64,000 nt of DNA from Octopus sinensis (Eukaryota), in the NCBI RefSeq assembly GCF_006345805.1, contig NC_043004.1, forward strand, positions 84,072,001 through 84,136,000. The letters are read 5' to 3'. Below, piece by piece: positions 53,291 through 64,000 of this stretch; within the stretch, counting starts at the first letter, position 1, and each line of letters begins with the position of its first letter. The notes under the pieces are model-generated. The model saw only the letters and a list, made by a program, of their open reading frames with translations, ran no database searches and was not told where the DNA came from. Both the position numbers and the translations under genes were made by a program.

Positions 53291-54147
53291 CTATCTCTCT
53301 CTCTCTCCCCTTTCTTTCCTTTCCTCTCTCTTCCGTCTCTTTCTTCTCATAAATGACCAAGTGGAAAATAGAAAATAGTTTCCGGAATCAAAATACATAA
53401 TTCATGTGATATGCTTGAAGTGAGTTATGCCTATTTTCTATGACAGAATATAAGAGAATTCCATCGAACACCAAAAGAAGAAAGAAATAAAAATAAACTT
53501 CCTCGCTTCTCATCCAACCACTTCATTGGAAGACATTTTGGGTGAATAACATACTCCTGGATGAATTTAAATGTGGAGTAGTCTATTTCGATGCATATTT
53601 GATCACAAACCCCCTCGATCGGTGGCGATTTTTTGTTACACAACGAAGAAAGAAAAGAAAAGAGAAACAACACTTACTTAAAAATTCAAGCACGTAGCAC
53701 GCTGTTCCTTCTACTTGCTTTGTTTATCTTATCCAACATTGTGAAGAGAGGACCTATCCCTGCTGGCCTCAACTACGTTCCTCGCCTCTGCACTGACACA
53801 TATTCCCGTCACACTGATCAACATTCATCAGTATTACTTCAGTGGAGACCATGCGTAATTTCCTCACAGCCTATATTATTTCTACATGTATCCAGTTCAA
53901 ATACTAATTCAATCAATAACATCAACCTGTCAAGTCTTCAGGACTATGGGTGGCACCATTCCTCTCTTTGCTCAAAATTTAAATTATACTTGTATTAAGA
54001 ACAGAGACGAGCACAGTCTATTGCATAGTCAGCAAAGAGGCAAACAAAATGCACCTAGCACAACTCTAACCTTTGTTTCCATCTCGATACTCGCTAATTT
54101 AATTTGAAATCATGCACAGATATGGATATACTAAACGGTACGCTAAG

Positions 54148-54480
54148 AGCGGTGACGGTAGGTAGAGCATCGAGCTTAAAATCGTGAAGTTGTAAGTTCG
54201 AATGCCGTACATGGCTGCGTGTTGTGTTCATTAGTAAGACACTTTATTTCACGTTGCCCCAGTTCACTCAGATGTAGAAATGAGTTGCGACGTCACAGGG
54301 GCCAAGCTGTATCGGCCCCTTTCCCTTTCGCTTGGATAACACTGGTGGCGTCGAGAGGGGAGGCCGGCATGCATGGGCGACTGCTGGTCTCCATAAACGA
54401 CCTTGCTCGGACTTGTGACTGGGAGGGTAACTTTCTAGGTGTAATCTCATGATCAGTCATGAACGAATGGTTTCTCAGAC
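54148..54480 (+). mobile_element. tRNA-derived SINE (body B + tail Z)
   Basis: agttcgaatgcc B-box; tatttcacgttgccccagttcactcag body shared with 62845-62880; gacgctaagagc/tacgctaagagc flanks resemble a TSD. Confidence 0.75.
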
Positions 54481-55249
54481 GCTAAGAGCACTGAATGTGT
54501 GTTAATGCAGGTTCTTAAAAATCATCGCTACTTCAAACATGCTGTAATCAAATTAGTGCTCATTGCATTATTCATGCTTTCAAAATTATAATGAAAATAG
54601 TGTCAGTCGCAATATTGTTGCAAGACAAATTTTAATATTTTATTGGATATTTCATGTAGCTTAATAATGCACAAATATATTATAAAATAGGACAGCATCT
54701 TCATTTCCAACTTAATATGAGTGTTTTGATGGAACGCCAAATACTGTGGTATTCGTCTTGAGGCGTCTGTACTATAGTAGTATGATGGATAAAAGTTCAC
54801 ACATATCGTTAACAATCGAAAATCGCCAGTTGAAAATCTGGAACTACCATGACAATATGATTTGAATGTACAACGTATCTTCCATGGCATATACCCTCTT
54901 ACCGCATACCGGCCACATATCACTGCAAATAAATGGCAGTGATATCAAAGAAAGGACCACAGTATTCGGCGTTATACGAAAACATCCACGTTAAGCTGGA
55001 TATGAAGATAGTTCTATGGTATAAATACTAATTATGTCGCTTATATTTCTTTTTTGAATGAGGCTTCTGGCTGTTTGCGGCATAAGTTCCTGTAAAGCCA
55101 CTGTTATTTTATATATCGATCGCAGAGATATTTAGCTGGTATTTTAGACGTAGTACGTTTAAATCAGGTGACCTGGCGTTTCTGGTACCCATAGCAGGCG
55201 ATTCGCATCTGCTAATCTTATAGGCGTACTTTTAATCAACATGAGTCTA

Positions 55250-56860
55250 TATGTAGGCGCCTCTCAATAGGAATGACACACTGTTCGGTGTCCTAACTAA
55301 AGATACATATGAAGTGGGATATAAAGATTGCCTTTCGCTATTAATACTGTTTCTATTGCTAATAATTTTAGAAAAGTATACTGTCCTATATACTAGACAA
55401 TATGACAATGTGAGGTACTTTAATAATAGTGTAGTATAGTATAGCACTAGTGTATAGCATATTACGATATTGTAAGCATAGCTGTTATACTCTTGTGTAT
55501 ATTTTTGGATTCAAGCTGGATGCTTGGATGCATAATCAAATTTATTTCATTACTCGTTGTTGTTTTAATCAGCAATATCACGAAACTCTTTGGTATGATG
55601 GCGAGATGAGATTGGATTGGCGTTCGACTGTTATATCAAGCACATCGAACCCCAAATCAGAGGATTTTATTCGGCTGGGGACACTATAGTTGTTTATGTT
55701 GTTTACGTTTACGCAATACCAGATGAAGAGACGCTAATGTGTACCTACACCAACTTTACATTTCTTTATGTGTAACAACCGCATCCCCGACTTCCGTAAA
55801 GCTACCGAGTAGCTGCATGCTATCGTATGTCCAACATCGGTAGGCTGTTTCCTTAGAAAAACATTGATGACTACGACAAAGTATCACATAATTTTTTTTA
55901 TCATGGATAAATTACTGATACGTCAGTCGACAGTATCTGGTACGCTAGTAGTTGGCTTATAATTAAATATGCGTAGTTGTTTATATTCGCTGACAGAAAT
56001 TGTGATAATTTTCTGTAATCACGAAAGACAATAGAGTCAAATATTTCGGCAGAATTTAACTCGTGAAGTACCAAAAAGAGATCTATATCAAAACACATTC
56101 TTCTGTATTCTTCATTCTACATAATCTGCTAATGATCGCCAATTAGTGGAGATATGTGAGACATCAGTTTCTGAAAGGTTGGCTTTCCCATGGTTGCGAC
56201 TACGAGATTTCCAGTTGATTGGATCAATGGCAGAGCCTGCACGGGAAATTTACATGCAAGTGGCAGGGCACTCCACGTACCCTTAACATAGTTCTTAGGG
56301 AGATTCAGCCTATCATAGAATATGAAAATCTTAGCCCATACCAGCTAAGTGAACTGGAGCACCATGAAATAATACATGTTACTCAAAGACACAATTCGCC
56401 ACCGGGAATCGAACTCACGTTCCTAGGTTTTCAGCAGAATACCTTTACTATAAACACTTAAGCTCTTTCTTTCTGTGCTTAACACAATCAGCGAAGGCGG
56501 TTCTAGAGGCTGTATGTTTGCTTCAGGGCTAAATTAACACCTTGTTCTATATATATATATATATTATAAGCAGATCTTATGTTGCCTAATAATACCGTCT
56601 GTGTATTCTTACAGAAATAGCTCGCAGTGGTTTCTGTAAACTTTAGGTAATATATGTTTTCGTTTACGATGAGTTCTTTGGATGTTTGTCGAACGAAATA
56701 GTAACACTGGATATTCTTCCTTGAGGTCGTGTAGTCTATCTCTTGAAATTTCACCTGGTGGGGGTTCATTGCTTGGGAAAGTATACATCCGCAATGTACG
56801 AATTTGCTCTCAGCTTTAAATGTCACGTTCAATAGATTTGGCATCCCACCCTTGTACAAT
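55250..56860 (-). mobile_element. Possible decayed Helitron Rep/PIF1-helicase remnant (interrupted by a SINE)
   Basis: Weak motifs in expected order: GMPNLLNVTF, IVFRDYRKL (cf. GDF.QL), SINSERQSL..YVSLVR (cf. TINKSQGQSL..YVALSR). Confidence 0.3.
56190..56460 (-). mobile_element. tRNA-derived SINE (body B + tail X), degenerate
   Basis: Reverse complement matches 62810-63070. Confidence 0.65.
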
Positions 56861-56954
56861 ACTGTTGATTCATATTAACGAAGGAGCAATGCAAATAGAC
56901 AGAGAGCTTGCTAGAGAAAGAAGGAGGGCGAGGAGAGAAAGAGGAATGCGGGAA

Positions 56955-56993
<39 letters not shown>

Positions 56994-57257
56994 TGATATA
57001 GGATATATTATGAGAAGCGTATGGGGAACACCGATATGAAATATAAGAGGAGTAGATGAACAACGAGAGAGTGAGTGTATATGATATTTTTTTATTTCAT
57101 TAATAGTTTTCAGTATTTATGTATTCTCTATAATCTATCATTTATTTCGTTAGTTATTATCTCCACATTATAATACTTCAGCAAACGCTGCTTGATATCT
57201 ATTCAAATAAACTTTCAAGGATCTTTAATCACGTAGTTTGCCTTCGATTTTATATAC

Positions 57258-57310
<53 letters not shown>

Positions 57311-57362
57311 ATTATTATTAATATTATTATTATTATCATCATTATTATTATTATTATTATTA

Positions 57363-57412
<50 letters not shown>

Positions 57413-57420
57413 ATTATTTT
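57258..57420. repeat. (ATT)n microsatellite
   Basis: Directly visible. Confidence 0.97.
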
Positions 57421-57621
57421 CATTGTTTTGTTTTCGCAGCCATTATATCAATGCGTCATCAATTTAGTTTTTTTCTTTTTTTTTTCTTTTTGATTAATAA
57501 TAAAAAAACGGAGAGTAAAAAGATTGAGTGCAAATATGTCAATACTTTGTCTCTCTTTCTCTCTACAGCACTAACAACGGATGATATGCCTCCTTACACA
57601 CAGATATATGTACGTATTTAT

Positions 57622-57658
<37 letters not shown>

Positions 57659-58303
57659 GGTATGTATGTATGTAGTTGTGTGTTTGTTCTCTTAACGACT
57701 GCCGGCAGTTGATTCATTTAGTAGATAAAAAAAAACTACTCATATATATGGACATATATATAATTACATGTGCATACATACTTATAATTTACACGTATAT
57801 AATCATATATACTCACATTTATAGAGACGCATTTACATATGTGTATATACGATTGCATATGTGTACGTATGTAATCATATGCAAATCTGTACTAAAAGCT
57901 TACGCCACTGATGTTTTGAAGGGGCGATGTTTCTTATAAATATCAAAGGAAAGATCTAGTGTAATTTCTTTTGTTAAAAAGTTTTAAAAAATCAAGTAGA
58001 CCATAATTAAGCTGTTGTATACCACTATCAATGTAAAATTTGAATGCTTTATGCCTTAACCGATTTAACACCTCTCACTTCCCGTACGTCCTTTATGGGA
58101 GAATGTAGTCTATGGCCATTACCTTCTGCTATTTCGTATCAATAAATATTAGGAGGTTTTCTCTCTCTAATTACTTATTATGTTTTGGAAATATTGTAAA
58201 TGTACTAACACTGACAATAAATATCTGAGACTAAAATTGATTAAACAGATTTGTTTCATATTAAATATTCTAAAATATGAAATACAAGCGCTACAAACAT
58301 ACA

Positions 58304-58383
<80 letters not shown>

Positions 58384-58402
58384 CAAGCGCAACAAACATA
58401 CA

Positions 58403-58440
<38 letters not shown>

Positions 58441-60389
58441 AAAAGTAATGAACCAATCGTGATATCATGTTGCTTAACCGACAGGGCATGCCATTACTAC
58501 AGTTAATGTAGATTCTATATTAATATGTTAATAACACAGAAATATTTGGCTACTTTTAGTTTCGTCTCTATTGTTTCCGATGTAAATACCTTCCGGAATT
58601 TAGTTTCATTTTCAGCAAGTGTCAATATAACAATTTAGACATGATGCACTCCATTGGATTCAATTATCTACAAAAGAAATGTGTTCATATTCATTATTTA
58701 AGTATAGCCTGAGGTAGTTGCATTAGTACTTACGAGGCAATACGTGATTTGCTACAGAAATGCACAGTTTAAGAATACAAAGCTTTAAATGTAAGTTTTC
58801 ATTTTGAGTTAATGCAACAGTCATGAAGAGTGCAATGATATAGTTCGTTATAGGGTCGAGATATTTGATCAAGAAATAGCAATGAAAAATATGCTTTGTA
58901 TAGGCAAATGTCTGTTTTATTGAAAGGTTTCGAACGGACTATTTGTTGGTTAGTTGTCCGTTAAAGTTTTACATTAGGCTTTTATACGTCCGAAGTGATA
59001 AGGACACACATAACCAGTCATTAACTTGAGGCTTCAAATTCATAAGAGTGATACAGTAAGGGTAAAATGTATGGTAAAACACCTTGAAAACCATAAACGT
59101 AATGTGTGGAATACTGAATCATTTACAACTGAGAATCGAACACTTACTAGAAACTACCCTTGACCAGAAACGATTACTGCTACTAAAATAATGTGATTCT
59201 GGCAACATTAGTCATTTATTAAACATGTAAACAATAGACATCGCGCCGTCTCTGCTTATCTTCACAAATTCTTTATGTGCAAAATCAGTAGCCTGACGTC
59301 TTGACGAGGATCAGAAGTCATTATGTCTTTAGGAATGTGAAATACTGTGTAAATAGTTCATAAAAAATACAAAACCGAAAGAAAGGCGATGGCTGAAAAT
59401 TAACACCGCCGTCGCTCAAACAAATTAGAAATTACTGTCCATCGAATTCTAGGAAACTGAAAGACATAATATTGAGAGACGTAAACAAAAGAAGACAGAG
59501 AATTAGAAAGAAATGAAAAAGAAAGAGTCTCTAAAGATAATTTCCGTTATCTTTAATGACAGGTTGGTCGATTTATTTTTGCTTCATTATTTTTAATGCA
59601 GAATCTCGTTTTTATGTCTTTTACATTTACACTTTAGCTGTTTTGCTATTTTTTTCAATTATGTATTCTTTACGCTTGCCTTTACGCGGGAGAGGACTCT
59701 GTCTCGTAGATTTGCTGAAAGCCTCTTGTGTTACAATAATTTATATATCCACATTGTTAGAAGCAAACTTGTCTGTAGTGTGTGTTTAGGAAATATGTGA
59801 GATCAAAGTACTTCCTCGTTGAAACCTGCTAAGCAATAAATAACTTGCAAAGAACTTCAGGTATCATCTTGGATACAAGTAACAAACTAATATGCAACAT
59901 GTCTTACACTCACGAATATAAACATAGAAAAACACACACGAACACGAAAACAGACACACACAAAAATGCATATTCATGTAGATAGTGGCGTCCACCAGGG
60001 AACTATTCTAGGGTAAATGATGTTCATAATAGCCCGCTTACACATGCCCACGGTTACTCAGACAGCCTCAGTCACTAGCGATACCGAAGCTAGTCACTGA
60101 GCGGAGAATTAATGTATACGTGTAAAAGAATATTACGACAGATGAAAAGGAGTGGAAAGAGGAAAAGATCTGGGTTAGAGTAGAGGTGGGGTACTGTTCT
60201 ATGACGGACTTAGGGAGGAAGAAACGAGTGAGTTTGGGGGATACGCATAGGAATGTATTTCAGAAATACACACAAAATTGCACACACATAAAACACGCTC
60301 ACACACATTACACACACACACACAAACCGCGTTGCTGTGTTTTCTTTTTTTTTTGGTTTTTTCTTGTTTGAACTAACTTTATATATATA

Positions 60390-61250
60390 TACAAAGGTTT
60401 CACAAAATAAGTGAAACTCCGTAAAATTTCAAACAAACTGATCTTAATATGGGGTAGCAGTATAGCTTGAATTCTAGGAGGTATGGACTCATACAAAGTT
60501 TCAATTGTTTCCAAAGGAATGTTTGTTCATTCTTCAACTGAAACAGCTTGCAGTTCTTGTAGTGATAATGGCGAAGGATATCAATTCCTTACTTGTTTGT
60601 CTAAAATGCACCGTAAATGATCAGAAATATTGAGATCTGGGGAATGTGGTGGCCAGATAAGATGTGCCATTCTGTAACAACTTTAGCTGCGTGAATTGGT
60701 GCATTATCATCCTGAAAGATTATGTTTCTCTCCGGAAACAGTTTCTGAGCCCTGGGATGAATTTGATAAGATAAAATGCTTAAATAGTCTTGACTATTAA
60801 TTCTGCCATGAAAAGAAACCATTAGATTGGCGGATTTCCAAGATATCCCCCTCCCAGATCATCACAGATCCCCCTCCCAGATCATCACAGATCCCCCTCC
60901 ATGTTTATCATTTGGAAGAACGCAGTCTGGGTCAACTGCCACTTTTGGCCCACTCCACACTTATACTCGGCCGGTGGTCGGAAATAATGTAAATGATGAC
61001 TCGTCCGATAAAATAACATTCTTTCACTGCTCTATCAGACACGAATCAAACCTAAAGATCAACACCACATGATGACGTTGCTGGATTAACCTTTTTGCCT
61101 TTTTCGTAAGCGTTTCTGGTGACTTTCATCCTCTTTTTCAGGAAAGCAAATCTGCTAAACAATATAGCTCTTAAATCATTTCCTTCTTTCAAAAGCCACA
61201 TGAAAAATTCTGATTTTGTCACTATCCCGTGTGCGAATTCAGTCTGTCTT
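60390..61250 (-). mobile_element. Tc1-family transposon remnant
   Basis: VILSDESSF, FQDDNAPIH and WPPHSPDLN motifs with frameshifts; begins at TA|caaaggtttcacaaaataag. Confidence 0.88.
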
Positions 61251-61600
61251 GATTTTTTATTTATATTATTTTAAGTTTGTTTTTTTTTTGGCTCCCCACA
61301 CTCACATACACGCCTGTGTGTATGTGTTTGTGAGGGGTATATATTTACACAGAACTAAAAACCAAAACATATGTTTTTATGTGTCAAATAAAGACGTCAA
61401 ATATATCTTCCATAAAAGCATGTTAATAGATATGTCACCGGAGTGACATGAGTGGTCCGTGATATGAAATCCCACATAGATGGAACAAAGATACATTATG
61501 AATCATTTTAACTGTTGTCTACCAAGTCTTCATCCCGCTGCAATTTATCAATACTATTTATGTCGGTTATTGTACAAAGTAAAATCTGGTTAACGCCCTA

Positions 61601-61900
61601 TACGAGGAGGTACACAAAGGTAACCGGAAACGTTCTCTGTGGGGCAAACACGAACAAAGGAATATCATGAAAGTTCATGAACTGGTTTTAGAGAACGGTC
61701 ATTGAACAATTGACGGACTTATTAATATAATTGGTGTGTCCTAGAGTTTCTGCCAATGAATTTTCAGTGAGGAATCGCGAAGGAAAAGACTTGCAGCAAA
61801 ATTTCTGCCTCGCTTTCTCATAGAAAATCAGAAGCAGTCACAACTGCAAGCATGTCATGAACTGAAAGATGCGTTAGAAGTTGATCCCAACATGTTTTCG
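61601..61900 (+). mobile_element. Mariner transposon remnant
   Basis: TA|cgagg terminus; ELVLENGH*TI...GVS...KRLAAKFLPRFL..NQK....AC.EL mariner linker. Confidence 0.75.
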
Positions 61901-62754
61901 AAAACGGGATTCCATATTTGGATTTAGAATATATATATATATATATAACGAAACAACTTCGAATCAGTTCGAAGCAGGGTAAAACGTACTGATGACGAAA
62001 TAATTATTGGTTGGTGTCACTTTTACAATGTATTGTAAAGGAACTAATTGTATATGGTTCGTGGTGAAAACATTGCTTGAGAATTAAGGGATATTAGAAC
62101 GTGAGAATTGTGTTTGGAAATGTACCTTTACGTAGAGCGCAAACCTTGATCCCTTGACAAAACGGATACCTTGCTTGGGTTGAAATATACCCTAAGTTTA
62201 TAAGATGACAGCAGAACTATTTAGAGATTAATATTTCAGAGCAAACATAAAGCAATATATCTAAATTATCTCAATGATAAAATTATGATATTTTCCCACC
62301 TATTAAACTCATCTATCAACATGATTAAGAAAGGGGAATTATATGGCTACCTTGTATATAAATGTTGACATTTATATAATTATGGATGGCACTTAAAACT
62401 GACATTTGGTTTTTAGGGATAGCTTTGGTGCTAGAGCATGCAAGTCCATACAAGATAGATGCAGTCCTACTATCTTTCAGTCTTCTATAATTTCTAACAT
62501 GTCTCGGTATGTAGACCTTTTAATCAATGAAAATGTATAAATATGTTTGAGAAATGACTTTGCTTAAATGTACACTCCACTATGCTGATATAACACAGCC
62601 TTTGGTCTGATTGAGGTTATGTCTGTATATGTGATAGGTGTTTGCCTCTACGTTTCATGTTTGGTTGAATAAATTTGGGTATCTCAATTTTTTGTCCTTT
62701 ACATGATCAGTTTGTGTAATTTGGTTTCTCTTTAAGCATTCATATAGATGACAT

Positions 62755-63075
62755 GTGAACGTAAATGGCTTAGTGGTTAACATATTTGGCCTGCGTTCGT
62801 AAGGTCGGGAGTTCAATTCCTGGCAACGCATTGAGTTCTTGTGCCGGAGTATATTTCACGTTACTCTAGTCCACTCAGCTGGCAAAACTGAGTAGTACCT
62901 GTATTTCAAAGGGCCAGCCTTGTCAGATTCTGTGTCAGGCTCATTTGCCCTGGGAAATACGTTGAGGGTAGGAGTAACTGTGGAGTACGCGGCCACTTCC
63001 ACGTTAATTTCATGACCAGGATTTTCCGTTGATCGGATTAACTGGATCTCTCTTCGTTGTAACCAACGGAGTGTT
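62755..63075 (+). mobile_element. tRNA-derived SINE (body B + tail X)
   Basis: tggcttagtggttaa A-box, agttcaattcc B-box; tail cctgtatttcaaaggg... shared with 28685-28862. Confidence 0.8.
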
Positions 63076-63342
63076 TGTGATAGTTGGTATGAAGTGAAGG
63101 GCATTTGCGCATATATGCTTCAGAAGGTTGATACACATGTCGTACATAGATCATAAAGGGGAAAACTTTCTAAGGCAGTGGGTCGACAAATACGCTAGAA
63201 CAAGAAGCAGTCCTTGCCAGGTCGTCGTCGTCGCCGTCATCATCGTCATCAAAAACATCAACAGTAGTAGTGGCAACAACAGCACCAGCTGCAGCATCAC
63301 GAACGCCTTCAAAATCACCTGCAGCTGCTACTGCTGCTGCCG

Positions 63343-63719
63343 TTGTTGTTGTTGTTGTTGAGCGAACGGTCTTCATCCCAGATGGGAGAAGTCCGAAACG
63401 TGGTCCTTTGCTATTCGCAAGAGCGGAGTAAGAAGGAGAAAGCAGGTCAACCCCCGACACCGAGATCACCGACTGATGGATGAATGCGCATCCAGGCTCA
63501 GCGGTTGCGTAGGAAATTGGGGACAAGAAACAAGAAGAATGAGTGAGAGAAAGTTGGAGCGAAAGATTACAACAGGGTTCGCCACCACCCCCTGCTGGAG
63601 CCTCGTGGAGCTTTAGGTGATTTCGCTCAATAAACACACACAACGACCGGTCTGGGAATCGAAACCGCGATCCTTCGACCGCGAGTAGGCTGCCCTAGCC
63701 ATTGGGCCATTGCCCCTCC
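63343..63719 (-). mobile_element. tRNA-derived SINE (body A + tail Y ending in (CAA)n) with ~22-bp TSD
   Basis: 5' ~200 bp match 28484-28680; different 3' part; flanks ctgcagctgctactgctgctgc (63319-63340) and ctgcagctgctgctgctgctgc (63721-63742). Confidence 0.88.
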
Positions 63720-64000
63720 ACTGCAGCTGCTGCTGCTGCTGCGGCTGTGATGATGTTGGTATTCACGACGGCAGCAGCTGTACTAGATGCCGCCTCATTG
63801 CAGCGATATCAACAGACCATAGATTTCTCCTAGTTGATCGATATGATGTCACTTCAATTCTAGCATTAATCTCATATCATTAGACGAAACGCATTTCGTT
63901 TTGCTCTTCAAACCTACTAATTATCCAATTCTAAGAAAGTCTTAGCAAAGAACAACAACAACATCAACAACCAATATCAAATCAACAAAGAGATAAGTAA

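Noticed and set aside
61985-62012. CTGATGA-c-GAAA
   Set aside because: Stem II absent and stem I unpaired
63170-63643. 157-aa ORF with poly-T/A/D runs
   Set aside because: Reads through a SINE and trinucleotide repeats

Overview
Gene-poor, very AT-rich, repeat-saturated animal genomic DNA. Dense (TA)n/(CA)n/(TAA)n/(TAGA)n microsatellites and tRNA-derived SINEs point to a cephalopod, probably Octopus (inference). I found no intact host gene; nearly all ORFs in the track are microsatellite artefacts (IY/CV/HT runs). Recognisable content: two 5'-truncated CR1/L2-group LINEs (one with an open 439-aa RT frame), R4/Dong and two HERO LINE 3' ends, an RTE-like 5' UTR, Tc1, mariner, Tigger-like and hAT DNA-transposon remnants, several SINE families with shuffled modules, and many Penelope-like element (PLE) remnants. 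The strongest signal is a set of short PLE-type ends, most docked in (TA)n tracts. They carry minimal type I hammerhead ribozyme motifs, some canonical and some with recurrent core variants (C4; G3:C8). They repeatedly show head-to-head and fold-back architecture. The clearest case is 16.25-17.47 kb, where both flanks are copied in inverted orientation, giving a ~596-bp palindrome. There are also weaker traces of a decayed ankyrin-repeat ORF and a Helitron. All calls are by eye; no searches were run.
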